Shown: positions 7,993 to 20,484, numbered from the stretch's first letter. The stretch is 43,393 bases of DNA from Chthonomonadaceae bacterium (GCA_035650735.1 DASRGZ010000176.1:1-43393), one strand, 5' to 3'. The notes: generated from the sequence alone by a model not told the origin. A program made the numbers and translations.

Positions 7993-9816
7993 ATCTACTA
8001 CGCGCTGTATAACTCCATATTGGCGCTGGGTTCGCCGCTGTTGGGTGCGTACCTGCTGCAGCGGTACCTATCGGGCAAGTCGCGACCGGGCTGGCGCGAG
8101 CGTTGGGGGCATCTGCCGGAGACGCTGCGCTGGCAGCCGGACGGCAGGCCGCGCGTCTGGATACATGCCGTTTCGGCGGGCGAGGTCGTGGCGGCGGCGC
8201 CGATCCTGCGGGAATTGCGTGCGCTCCTACCGGAACATGAACTGCTGCTTTCGGTCATCACGCCGGGCGGTTACGAGATGGCGACGCAGCAGGCATCAAA
8301 GTACGTGGATGCGCTCTTCTACTTCCCGTTTGACCTGCCCTGGGTGGCGCGGCGCGTGGTGGAGACGATTCGCCCGCAGGTATTCGTCAGCCTGGAAAGC
8401 GAACTATGGCCCAACGTCCTGCACGAACTGAAGCGGCAGGGTGCGGCGACCGTAATGGTCAACGGGCGCCTCTCGGAAAAGAGTTTCCGCCGCGCGCAGA
8501 GGTTCGGGCGCGGGATATTCCGCTGGGCGCTCGGTAACGTGGACCGGCTGCTGATGCAATCGGAGGCGGACGCGGAGCGAGTACGTGCGCTAGGCAACCT
8601 GGCCGAGCCGGGGCGCGTGGCCGTGCTCGGCAACTCCAAATTTGACCAGGAGATCAAGCGGCTGACGCCGGAGGAGACTCTGGCCCTGCGCCGGGAACTG
8701 CGGCTGCCTGAGGAGGCGCCCGTCTTTGTGGCCGGAAGCACGCGCAGCCCCGAAGAAGAGGCGCAGGTCATTGCGGCTTACAAGGCGATGCAGGCGCAGG
8801 TTCCCGAGCTCTGCCTGCTGATCGCGCCGCGCCACATCGAGCGCGCCGAAGAGATCGCTGCGGCCATGCGGTCGGCGGGCCTGTCGCCCGTGCGCCGCAC
8901 GCAATTGGCCCGCCCCTTAGAAGACCTCACCCCCGACCCCTCTCCTTCGCAAGGAGAGGGGAGTGGCCCTCACCCCCTGCCCCCCTACTGCCAGGGTCGG
9001 GCCTCAACGGACTGCCAGGGACGCCGCTCAACGGTTCGCGGCTCTGCCTTGCGACACCCCTCCGCCTTGCGATCCACGCTGCGGGAGAGGGGGAACCGAG
9101 AAGCCGGGTCCCCCCCTTCCCTCGCAGGGAAGGGGGACGGGGGGTTAGGTCAAAAGCAGAGGGGAGAGCAGAAGCCTTGTTCTACCCTCCTCCCCGGCCC
9201 TTCTCCCTTGCAGGGAGAAGGGGGAACAGAAGCCAGCACGACCTCTGCCCACGTAGGTGGGCAGCGGGCCTGGCTAGGCGGAGGTTCCGAACCGTTGAGG
9301 AACCGACTCTTGCAGCGCCCAACAGCGGCAGGGTTTAGCCTGCCGGGGGCCGGGGGGTTAGGTGAGGCTACCGTCCGGCATCTCATCCTGGATACGCTGG
9401 GCGAACTGGCGAACGTCTACGCGGTGGCGACATTCGCCTTTGTCGGCAACAGCTTCGAGCCGGTCGTCAAGGGCGGCGGTCAGAACTTGCTCCAGCCTCT
9501 CGCGCACGGCAAACCGGTGCTCTTTGGCCCGCGCACGGCCACGATTCGCTCGGAAGTGGCACTGGCGGTGGGGGCAGGCGTCGGGTTCCAGGTGGCCGAG
9601 GGCGCGGCGCTGGCGGCGGAAGGCTTGCGCCTGCTCTCCGATGTGGCGGCCCGCCAGGAAATCGAGCGCCGTGCCCTCGCGCTGATCGCCGCCAACCAGG
9701 GCGTCTCGGCCAGATACGCGCAGGCGGTGGCGGAGATGGCAAACGAATCGCGTCGCCCTTTGGGGAACCCCTCGGCTCTCGGCCCGAAGGCGCGGCTGAG
9801 GAGACAGCAGCCGTGA
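7993..9816 (+). CDS. waaA: 3-deoxy-D-manno-octulosonic acid (Kdo) transferase with 147-codon repeat-derived insertion
   Basis: WIHAVSAGEV, FPFDLP, ESELWPN, NGRLSEKS, GNSKFD, AGST, IAPRHIER, DTLGEL..Y, FVGNS. Start inferred at ATC 7993; the ORF track uses TTG 8020. Confidence 0.93.
   Translation: MYYALYNSILALGSPLLGAYLLQRYLSGKSRPGWRERWGHLPETLRWQPDGRPRVWIHAVSAGEVVAAAPILRELRALLPEHELLLSVITPGGYEMATQQASKYVDALFYFPFDLPWVARRVVETIRPQVFVSLESELWPNVLHELKRQGAATVMVNGRLSEKSFRRAQRFGRGIFRWALGNVDRLLMQSEADAERVRALGNLAEPGRVAVLGNSKFDQEIKRLTPEETLALRRELRLPEEAPVFVAGSTRSPEEEAQVIAAYKAMQAQVPELCLLIAPRHIERAEEIAAAMRSAGLSPVRRTQLARPLEDLTPDPSPSQGEGSGPHPLPPYCQGRASTDCQGRRSTVRGSALRHPSALRSTLRERGNREAGSPPSLAGKGDGGLGQKQRGEQKPCSTLLPGPSPLQGEGGTEASTTSAHVGGQRAWLGGGSEPLRNRLLQRPTAAGFSLPGAGGLGEATVRHLILDTLGELANVYAVATFAFVGNSFEPVVKGGGQNLLQPLAHGKPVLFGPRTATIRSEVALAVGAGVGFQVAEGAALAAEGLRLLSDVAARQEIERRALALIAANQGVSARYAQAVAEMANESRRPLGNPSALGPKARLRRQQP
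8923..9363. repeat. Composite repeat array (REP-like palindromes plus nested hairpin units) inserted in frame in waaA
   Basis: Begins ACCTCACCCCCGACCCC and ends GGGGCCGGGGGGTTAGGT. Modules are shared with intergenic arrays at 13470, 20221, 25931, 27704 and 42935. Confidence 0.92.
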
Positions 9817-10931
9817 GCGCTGCGGAGGAGTATCTGCTCTCGGTAGCGCATGGGCGGCGTGGGCTGGTTCCGGCCCTGCTGCGCGGCGGGCTGAGCGCGC
9901 TCGCCCCGGTCTACTGCGCCGGGCTGAAGACCTACCTGCTGCCGTATCGTCTGGGCCTTCGCAAGCGCGCGCGCCTGCCCTGCCCGGTCATCAGCATTGG
10001 CAACCTGACCACGGGCGGAACGGGCAAGACGCCCATGACGCAGACGCTCTGCCGCCTGTTACGGGAACGGGGCCTGCATGTCGCCGTGCTCAGCCGGGGC
10101 TACGGCGGCAGACACGAATATGGCTGCGCGGTCGTCTCCGATGGGCAGAAGACGCGGCTGAGCGCGGAGGAGGCGGGCGACGAGGCGTACCTGCTGGCTA
10201 AAACGCTGTCCGGCGTGCCCGTCGTGGTCGGCAAGGACCGGCGCGTGACCGGCGCATTGGCCTGGGCGCAGTTTCAGCCGGACGTGCTCCTCCTGGACGA
10301 CGGCCTTCAGTTCTGGCAGTTGCATCGCGATCTCGATATCGTTCTGCTCAACGCCTGCGCGCCCTTTGATAACGGCTGGACGTTCCCGCGCGGGCTGCTG
10401 CGCGAGCCGCCCTCCCATCTACGGCGGGCCGGGATCGTCGTGCTGACCAACGGAAAGCGCGCCGGGCCGCAGCAGACGCAGGCGGTACGTGATATCGCGC
10501 AGCGATTAGCGCCGGGCCGTCCCCTATTTACTGCCGACCTGGAGCCTGTCGGCCTGCGCGCCATCGCGATGCGAGCCGAGTACCCGGTCTGCTGGCTGGA
10601 GGGACGCCGGGTGTCGGCGCTGTCGGCCGTCGGTAATCCCGACTCCTTCGAGACGAGGATCACCGAGTCAGGCGGCGTGCTGGCGACGCGGTTCCGCTTC
10701 CGCGACCATCACGCGATCACGCTGGCGGACCTGGAGCGCGTCATTTCGGAATCTTGCGCGGCGGGCGCGGAGGCCGTAATCACCACCGAAAAGGATGCGG
10801 TCAAGATCGCCCCGCTCAAAAGCTCGCTGCCGCTGCTGGCCCTAAAGGTCACGATGCAGGTGGATGGCGAAGCCGCCTTCCTGGCGGCGGTACAGGAAGC
10901 AATACAGCATGACGGATCACACCACGCCTGA
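9813..10931 (+). CDS. lpxK: Tetraacyldisaccharide 4'-kinase
   Basis: PVISIGNLTTGGTGKTP, VLSRGYGG, GDEA, LLDDGLQ, PRGLLREP, TTEKDAVK. Confidence 0.95.
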   Translation: MSAAEEYLLSVAHGRRGLVPALLRGGLSALAPVYCAGLKTYLLPYRLGLRKRARLPCPVISIGNLTTGGTGKTPMTQTLCRLLRERGLHVAVLSRGYGGRHEYGCAVVSDGQKTRLSAEEAGDEAYLLAKTLSGVPVVVGKDRRVTGALAWAQFQPDVLLLDDGLQFWQLHRDLDIVLLNACAPFDNGWTFPRGLLREPPSHLRRAGIVVLTNGKRAGPQQTQAVRDIAQRLAPGRPLFTADLEPVGLRAIAMRAEYPVCWLEGRRVSALSAVGNPDSFETRITESGGVLATRFRFRDHHAITLADLERVISESCAAGAEAVITTEKDAVKIAPLKSSLPLLALKVTMQVDGEAAFLAAVQEAIQHDGSHHA

Positions 10932-11931
10932 GGCGAACGGCACGGCGGTGCCGCTGCGCAAGCGCCTGGAGCGCGCCGCAGGACGGATCGGGCTGCGCCT
11001 GGTGGTCGGCCCGGTGCGGATGATGCCGCTGCCGGTGGCGCGCGCGTTTGGCCGGGGGCTGGGCGGAGTGCTGTTCCACTCCCTGGGCCGCTATCGGCGC
11101 GTGGCGCTCAAAAACCTGGCCCTCATCTATGGCGACCTCCCGGAGGCGGAGCGTGCCCGAATGGCCCGCGCCGTGTTCCGGCACTTCGGCGAGATGGCCG
11201 CCGAGTTCGTCAAGCTGCCGCAGCTGGATCGCGACGCTATCGAGAGATTGACGCGCGTGGAGGGCGAGGAGAACCTATGCCGCGCCTTCGAGGCCGGCAA
11301 GGGCGTGCTGCTGATTACCGGGCACTTCGGCAACTGGGAGTTTCTGGGGCGCTGGCTCTCGACGCACGGTTACCCGCTCAATGTCGTCGCCCGCGACGCC
11401 CGCGACCCTGCCGCGACCAAGTTCCTGGCCGACACGCGCGAGGGCAACGGCGCGCAGGTGCTCTATCGGGGCAGCTCGGCCCGCGCCGTGCTGCAATGCT
11501 TGAAGAAGAACCAGATCGTCGCCCTGCTGCCCGATCAGAACGCCGCCGACGTAGTCGTTCCCTTTCTGGGCCAGCCGACCGGCACAGTGGACGGCCCGGC
11601 GGTCCTCCATCTGCGCACCGGAGCGCCGCTGCTGTTTAGCTGGTGCGCGCGCACGCCCGACGACCGATTTCAGATCACCTTCGAGCCGCCGGAGGTCGTG
11701 ACACCGACCGGCGACCATGCCGCCGACATCGCGCGCGTGATGACGCTCATTAACGCGCGGCTGGAGGCGCAAATCCGCCGCAGTCCGACCCAATGGCTCT
11801 GGCTGCATGACCGCTGGAAGGCATCGCCGGGGGTTTTCCCCGACGGCGAGGAGCAAGCCCGAATATTGAAAATGCCTCACAATAAATACCATCAGGAGAT
11901 GCGCGACCGCCATGACTCTAGCCGCCGTTGA
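10909..11931 (+). CDS. Lipid A late acyltransferase (LpxL/HtrB family)
   Basis: GVLLITGHFGNWE, LLPDQN, VPFLG, IRRSPTQWLWLHDRWK. Confidence 0.9.
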   Translation: MTDHTTPEANGTAVPLRKRLERAAGRIGLRLVVGPVRMMPLPVARAFGRGLGGVLFHSLGRYRRVALKNLALIYGDLPEAERARMARAVFRHFGEMAAEFVKLPQLDRDAIERLTRVEGEENLCRAFEAGKGVLLITGHFGNWEFLGRWLSTHGYPLNVVARDARDPAATKFLADTREGNGAQVLYRGSSARAVLQCLKKNQIVALLPDQNAADVVVPFLGQPTGTVDGPAVLHLRTGAPLLFSWCARTPDDRFQITFEPPEVVTPTGDHAADIARVMTLINARLEAQIRRSPTQWLWLHDRWKASPGVFPDGEEQARILKMPHNKYHQEMRDRHDSSRR

Positions 11932-13000
11932 TATGGCGTCCGTGCGGCGCGTGCTCATCATCAAGCTGAGCGCCCTGGGCGACATCATCCATGCGCTGCC
12001 CGTCTCTGCCGCCCTGGGCGAAGCCTATCCGCATCTGGAGCTGACCTGGGCCGTTGAGGAGGGGTTTGCGCCGCTAGTGGAGGGCAACCCCTACCTGACC
12101 GATGTGCTCACGCTGCCGAAGGTGCGCAGCCGCCAGTTACGCTCGGTATCGTTCCACCAGGACTACCTGCGCCGCCTGCGGGATGTCCGTCACCGCCGCT
12201 TTGATCTCACGCTCGACCTACAGGGGCTGACCAAGAGCGCGGTGATAGCCGCCGCATCGGGCGCGCGGGTGCGCCTGGGCTATCACCACCAGCGCGAGGC
12301 GGCGTCCTGGCTGGTGCGTCCCGTGCCGCCCCGCCCGGAGAGCACGCACGTGGTCGATCACTACCTGGACGTGGCCCGGTTCCTGGGTGCCGATCCGGAG
12401 ACGGTGCGGTTTCCGTTTCATATCCCGGAAGTGGACGATGCGATGGTGCAGGCCATGCTGTGCGAGGCGGGACTCGATCCGTGCGCGCCCTTTGTCGCCT
12501 TCAATCCGGCGTCCGCTCTGGCAATCAAGCAATGGGACGCGGAGAACTATGCCGCCCTGATGGACGCGGTGCAGGAGCGGCTGGGGCTGCCCGTGGTCCT
12601 GGTCACGGCGGATTGGGTCGTTGCGGACCGGGTGGCGGCGGCGGCGCGGCGGCCTTTCGCCAATCTGTGCGGGCGCACGACCTTGAAGCAGTTGGCGGCG
12701 GTCCTGCGCCGATGCGCTCTCCATATCTGCGGGGATACCGGCTCGGGGCATCTGGCGGCGGCGCTGGGGCGTTCGGTTATCGCCCTCATGGGGCCGACGA
12801 ACCCGGATCGCGCCTGCCCCTACGGGCAGCGGGAGAACGTGCTCAGCCTGCGCCAATTCTGCGGCGCGACCTGCAATGGGCACCGCTGCCAGTTTGCGCG
12901 TCCCCGCTGCCTGGAGGCTATCGGCGTGAGTGATGTGCTGGCGCGCATCGAACGGCTGGCCGGCAGGGCGCTGGAATGGGCAAGCGGCCCGGCGCGCTAA
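11912..13000 (+). CDS. GT9 LPS heptosyltransferase (WaaC-like)
   Basis: VLIIKLSALGDIIHALP, DLQGLTKS, GDTGSGHLAAALG, GPT. Confidence 0.88.
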   Translation: MTLAAVDMASVRRVLIIKLSALGDIIHALPVSAALGEAYPHLELTWAVEEGFAPLVEGNPYLTDVLTLPKVRSRQLRSVSFHQDYLRRLRDVRHRRFDLTLDLQGLTKSAVIAAASGARVRLGYHHQREAASWLVRPVPPRPESTHVVDHYLDVARFLGADPETVRFPFHIPEVDDAMVQAMLCEAGLDPCAPFVAFNPASALAIKQWDAENYAALMDAVQERLGLPVVLVTADWVVADRVAAAARRPFANLCGRTTLKQLAAVLRRCALHICGDTGSGHLAAALGRSVIALMGPTNPDRACPYGQRENVLSLRQFCGATCNGHRCQFARPRCLEAIGVSDVLARIERLAGRALEWASGPAR

Positions 13001-13033
13001 CGGCAGGATGGGACGGCTCAGAATAGGAAACTA

Positions 13034-13462
13034 ATGGAGACAGAACAGGCGCGCACAACGCAACTAATATATCGTGAGGAGCCCGATCTGACGGCGGAAG
13101 CGTTCGTGGATGTTCTGGAAAGGTCCGGGCTGGCGGCACGTCGGCCGGTGGACGACCTGGAGCGCATCCGGCGGATGCTGGCCCATGCCGACCTGATCCT
13201 CTGCGCCCGGGCTGGGGAACGGCTAATTGGCGTTGCGCGGACCATCAGCGACTTTGCTTACTGCGCCTACCTCTCGGACCTGGCCGTGGATCGGGCGTAT
13301 CAGCGGCAGGGCATCGGCAAGGAGCTCATCCGGCGCTCGCACGAGATTCTGGGGGAGGAGGTCATGCTGCTGCTGCTCTCCGCGCCGGCTGCGCACGCTT
13401 ACTACCCGCACATCGGCTTCGCCAAAGCGGACAACGCCTGGTTCCTTCCGCGCCAGCGGTAA
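13034..13462 (+). CDS. GNAT family N-acetyltransferase
   Basis: AYLSDLAVDRAYQRQGIGKELI (motif A), YYPHIGF. Confidence 0.88.
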   Translation: METEQARTTQLIYREEPDLTAEAFVDVLERSGLAARRPVDDLERIRRMLAHADLILCARAGERLIGVARTISDFAYCAYLSDLAVDRAYQRQGIGKELIRRSHEILGEEVMLLLLSAPAAHAYYPHIGFAKADNAWFLPRQR

Positions 13463-13469
13463 CTGGTTT

Positions 13470-13726
13470 ACCTAACCCCCCGGCTCCCACTGCCAGGGTC
13501 GGGCCTGCAATAATTCGGCCCTCCGCCTCGCAACACCTTGCGACCCTACTCGCTCGTACCTCGCTAGAGAAGGGGGGACCCGGCTTCTCTTTTCCCTTCT
13601 CCCTTGCAGGGAGAAGAGACGGGGATGAGGGGAGATAAAAGAGAACGGGAAAACCTGGGAGTGCCGGGCCTCCCCTCTCCTTACGAAGGAGAGGGGCCGG
13701 GGTGAGGTCTACTGGGGGGTGAGGGC
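13470..13726. repeat. Composite intergenic repeat array
   Basis: ACCTAACCCCCCGG start, hairpin unit 13489-13543, AGGGGGGACCCGGCTTCT module and CCCCTCTCC..GGAGAGGGG palindromes. Confidence 0.88.
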
Positions 13727-13805
13727 ATTAGCCGTCCACGGCGAAGCAGGAAAATGCAGCAACAATCATCAATAGTACGCAAAGTTTGCACAGCGTAATG
13801 GAGTT

Positions 13806-13901
13806 TTGGTAATCCCTCCCAACCGTGTTGACGCTTCTCATGGAGCGCACGCTTTTGAGATGTATCCACACGATTGGGGGTGTCTACGGGAGTTTTACCA
13901 A
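13806..13901 (+). promoter_or_regulatory. Long imperfect 5'-UTR hairpin that occludes the kdoO RBS and start codon
   Basis: Pairings TTGGTAA/TTACCAA, TCCC/GGGA(G), CTCCCAACCGTGT/ACACGATTGGGGG, TCTCA/TGAGA, GAGCG/CGCTT. Confidence 0.5.
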
Positions 13902-14845
13902 TGGAAGTGATTCCGATGGATACGAATCGGATAGAGGAGAGCGAGTACCGTCTCCGGCTATGCGAGCAGCTGGAGCGGGGCAATATCCTGCTGCTGCCCC
14001 ACGCGCCGTTTGTGCCCTCGGAGGCGGACAGCGCCTTTTTGCGGCAACAGCACCAGTCCGAAAAGGCTTATCATAAGAATATCGCTTATAAGCCGCGCCT
14101 CAACCGCACGACCGGAGTGAAGGCGCTCAACACGGAGGATGCCGAGCGCATGAACGCGATCCTAGGCGACTATTCGCGCGGCGCGGTGGCGTTCCTGAGC
14201 GCGCTGTTCCCCAATTATGCGCGCGCCTGGCAGGTGGATTACGCCAGCTTTCGGCCCGTGGAGGAGGCGGGACGGATGCTGCCCCTGCGGCACCGCAACG
14301 ACCTGATGCACGTGGATGCGTTCCCTACCCGTCCCACCCACGGCGGGCGCATTCTGCGGGCCTTCACGAACCTGAATGCCGACCGTACGCGCGTCTGGGC
14401 CACCGCCGATTCGTTCGAAGACCTTGCCGCCCGCTATGCCCGCGACGCCGGGCTGGATCGCGTTACCAGCCCGCAGGCAGCGGTCGCCCGCTCCATCGCG
14501 AAGTTAGCGCGTAAAATCGGTATGCGCGTCCCGGATCGCTCTCCCTACGACCAGTTTATGCTTCAGTTCCATCACTATCTCAAAGCCAACGCCGAGTTCC
14601 AGAGGACGGGACAGCGCCGCACGCTGGCCTTCGCGCCGGGCGCAACCTGGATCACCTTCACCGACCAGGTGGCCCATGCCGTGCTTTCCGGGCAATACGC
14701 TCTGGAGCAGACCTGTATCGTCCCGTTCCAGGCCATGACGCTGCCGGAACTGGCCCCGGTGGCGGTGCTGGAGCGGCTGTCAGGGCGGCCTCTCATCGCG
14801 CACCCGTCTGTGCCTGCCGCTGCGCCGGAAAAACTGGCCGTCTGA
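13901..14845 (+). CDS. kdoO: Kdo 3-hydroxylase (Kdo to Ko dioxygenase) family
   Basis: HKNIAY, ASFRPVEE, LMHVDAFPTRP..GGRILRAFTN, RSPYDQFMLQFHHYLK, FTDQVAHAVLSGQYALEQT. Confidence 0.88.
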   Translation: MEVIPMDTNRIEESEYRLRLCEQLERGNILLLPHAPFVPSEADSAFLRQQHQSEKAYHKNIAYKPRLNRTTGVKALNTEDAERMNAILGDYSRGAVAFLSALFPNYARAWQVDYASFRPVEEAGRMLPLRHRNDLMHVDAFPTRPTHGGRILRAFTNLNADRTRVWATADSFEDLAARYARDAGLDRVTSPQAAVARSIAKLARKIGMRVPDRSPYDQFMLQFHHYLKANAEFQRTGQRRTLAFAPGATWITFTDQVAHAVLSGQYALEQTCIVPFQAMTLPELAPVAVLERLSGRPLIAHPSVPAAAPEKLAV

Positions 14846-14859
14846 GCGTCTGTACGGTG

Positions 14860-16062
14860 ATGCCCCAAGCCAATCTGCCCGATCTGCATAACGTCCGCCG
14901 CCTGCTCATCATCCGCCTGAGCTCCATTGGCGATGTGGTTCACGCGCTGCCCCTCTCCGCTGCCCTGGCAGAGGCGTACCCGCACCTGGAACTCTCCTGG
15001 GTCGTTGAGGAGATGTCGGCCGAGGTCGTTACCGGCAATCCCTATCTAAAAGAGGTCATCGTGGTGCCGCGTGGGCGCTGGAGGCAAGGGCGGCTGCGCT
15101 CGCCGCACGTATGGAGCGAGTACCTGGCGTTCCTGGCCGGGCTGCGCCAGCGCCGCTTCGAGGTCACGCTGGATTTGCAGGGCTATGGCAAAAGCGCGCT
15201 GATGGCCCTGGCAGCCGGCGCTCCCTACCGGCTGGGCTGGTGGCGGCTGCGGGATGGGGCTGGGCTGGTCTCTCGCGCCCTCCCACGCCGACCGGAAAGC
15301 GCACACCGCGTGGATTGGTTCCTGGACGTGGCGCGGGCGCTGGGCGTGGAGCCGAAAACGGTACGCTTCCCGCTCTCTATCCCCGACGTGGCCCGCGCGC
15401 AGGTCGCCGCACGGCTCTGCGCGGCGGGCATCGCGCCGCAGCGGCCCTATGCCGTTCTCAATCCGGCGACCGGCAACGAGGTGCGCCGCTGGGGCGCGGA
15501 GCGATATGCGGAACTGGCCGCAGGGCTCGCCTCCCGGTTCGGGCTGCCTTCCGTGCTGATCGGCTCCGGCAAGGACAGGCCGATCTGCGAGGAGGTCATA
15601 ACGCGCGCCCGACAGAAGATGGAGCGGGCAAGCCCACTTGCGTCCGCCACGAACGCCGAGGCGCCTCTGGAGCCGGTCAGCCTGGCCGGGCAGACGAATT
15701 TGAAGGAGTTGGCCGCGCTACTGGAGGGCTGCGCGGTGCAGGTCTGCGGCGATACCGGCTCGGCGCATATTGCCGCCGCGCTGGGCCGCCCGACCATCGG
15801 CCTGTACGGGCCGACCGATCCGGCCCATGCCGGACCCTGGGGCCAGAGCGAGAACGTGCTTTCCCATCGCGCGCTCTGCCATGCCGATTGCACGGTGCGG
15901 CAGTGCGCGTTTGTGGACGCCCCTCCTCACTCGAAGCGGGAGGGCGAGGACGCCGGCCCGGAGGGAAAAGCGCTTCCCGAAGACACGACCGCGCGCTGCC
16001 TGCGCGCCATCACACCGGACGAAGTCCTTCAGAGAATAGAACGAGTGCTCCATGACAGGTAA
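14860..16062 (+). CDS. GT9 LPS heptosyltransferase family
   Basis: LLIIRLSSIGDVVHALP, DLQGYGKS, GDTGSAHIAAALG, YGPT. Confidence 0.88.
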   Translation: MPQANLPDLHNVRRLLIIRLSSIGDVVHALPLSAALAEAYPHLELSWVVEEMSAEVVTGNPYLKEVIVVPRGRWRQGRLRSPHVWSEYLAFLAGLRQRRFEVTLDLQGYGKSALMALAAGAPYRLGWWRLRDGAGLVSRALPRRPESAHRVDWFLDVARALGVEPKTVRFPLSIPDVARAQVAARLCAAGIAPQRPYAVLNPATGNEVRRWGAERYAELAAGLASRFGLPSVLIGSGKDRPICEEVITRARQKMERASPLASATNAEAPLEPVSLAGQTNLKELAALLEGCAVQVCGDTGSAHIAAALGRPTIGLYGPTDPAHAGPWGQSENVLSHRALCHADCTVRQCAFVDAPPHSKREGEDAGPEGKALPEDTTARCLRAITPDEVLQRIERVLHDR

Positions 16063-17302
16063 GGTGGATAACGATCCGGCCCGCTGGAACGGGAAGGAGC
16101 CCGGGCGGGCTGCCGAAAGGGAAGCGACCACGCTGGCTTCGGGCAGGGTGGTCGAAGCGGTGCGGAGCGCGCTGGCGCAGGCCGAGCGTGTCCTTGTCGT
16201 GACCAAGTTCCGGTTTATGGGCGATACCGTCGTGGCGACCCCGTTTCTGGGGCAACTGCGCCGCCACTATCCCAAGGCCCATATCACGCTGCTGACCGCG
16301 CCCTCCGTCGTCACGGCGCTGGCCAACTGCCCGCACCTGGATCGGATGATACCGCTGGAGACCCGTGGCGTGGGGCGGTGGCGGCACAGCCGGGAACTTT
16401 ACCAACTGCTGCGCGCGGGACGGTATCAGGCCGCGTTTGTGCTCAACCGCTCGCTCCATTGCGCGCTGATGTGCGCGTTGGCCGGCATCCCCAACCGCAT
16501 CGGCTACGCCAACGAGTTCCGCCGCCCCTTCCTCACAGTTCCGGTGCCTTATCTGTTTGATCGCAACGAAGTGGATTGCCATCTGGATATGCTGCGCGCC
16601 CTCGGCCTGCCGGCGGAGGCCGCGCTGCCGGAGCTCTGGATCACCGAAGCGGAACGCCAGCGTGCGCAGGCGATTCTAGCGGAACATGGCTGGGACGGCA
16701 GTCGCCCCCTGATCGGCGTGCAGCCCGGCGCCAACGACCCGCATATCCGCGAATGGGGGGCCGAACGCTATGCGCGCGTGGCCGATACCCTGGCCGACGA
16801 GTTGGGAGGCCGGGTCGTGCTTATGGGCGGCGCGGCGGAGCGGCGCACTGCTGAGCGCATGGCGTGGGCGATGCAGCACCAGCCCCTCGATCTGGTGGGC
16901 GCGCTGGAGCTGCGGGAGGCGCTGTCGGTCATCGGCCAGTGTGACCTGTGGCTCGGTAACGACACGGGCCTGCTGCACACGGCGGTGTCGCTGCGGGTCG
17001 CCAGCGTCGGACTGTTTGGGCCCAATAAAGTAGTGCGCTGGGGCTATCATGCGCCGCGTCACCGCTCGCTGGTCGTCTTTCCGGAGCGCCCAGCCCAGGA
17101 CGACGCGACGGTGCGCCGCTGCCTGGATGCCATCTCGGAAGAGCAGGTTTTAGAGACGGCACGCGCCGTCCTGCGGGCGCCCGTGACGCCGGTGTCCGAG
17201 CGGGTCGGTGCCGCGGCCAGCGTCGAGCCGGTTCTGCGCCGGCCGCCCTATTTTGCGGCAACGCTCAACGACGCGCAGCTTCTTCCGGCACGCCGGCGCT
17301 AA
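16052..17302 (+). CDS. GT9 LPS heptosyltransferase (WaaF-like)
   Basis: KFRFMGDTVVATP, RIGY, GNDTGLLHTA, LFGP. Confidence 0.85.
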   Translation: MTGKVDNDPARWNGKEPGRAAEREATTLASGRVVEAVRSALAQAERVLVVTKFRFMGDTVVATPFLGQLRRHYPKAHITLLTAPSVVTALANCPHLDRMIPLETRGVGRWRHSRELYQLLRAGRYQAAFVLNRSLHCALMCALAGIPNRIGYANEFRRPFLTVPVPYLFDRNEVDCHLDMLRALGLPAEAALPELWITEAERQRAQAILAEHGWDGSRPLIGVQPGANDPHIREWGAERYARVADTLADELGGRVVLMGGAAERRTAERMAWAMQHQPLDLVGALELREALSVIGQCDLWLGNDTGLLHTAVSLRVASVGLFGPNKVVRWGYHAPRHRSLVVFPERPAQDDATVRRCLDAISEEQVLETARAVLRAPVTPVSERVGAAASVEPVLRRPPYFAATLNDAQLLPARRR

Positions 17303-20211
<2,909 letters not shown>

Positions 20212-20220
20212 GGTGAAAAA

Positions 20221-20462
20221 GGCCCCCACCCCCTTCCCACTGCCAGGGTCGGCGCTCAACGGTTCGCGCCACTGCCAGGGTCGGCAAGGTTACGGCCCTT
20301 GCCTCCGCCTGGCCACACCTAGCGATCCCCAAGAACAGGGGAGGGGAGAGCAGAAGCCGGGTCCCCCCTTCCCTGTGAGCAAAGCGAACGTTAGGGTCGC
20401 TAGGCGGAGGGGCGAACCACATTGTAGCCCCGACCCTGGCAGTGGGGGCTGGGGGGTTAGGT
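20221..20462. repeat. Composite intergenic repeat array with nested hairpin units
   Basis: Unit 20239-20325 contains unit 20271-20316; inverted unit at 20397-20443; ends GGGGGGTTAGGT. Confidence 0.9.
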
Positions 20463-20484
20463 CAAAAGGAGAAGGGGAAAGGCC

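Noticed and set aside
8923..9363. Intein or group I/II intron in waaA
   Set aside because: No Cys/Ser start with His-Asn end, no endonuclease or RT ORF, and the sequence is made of the intergenic repeat modules.
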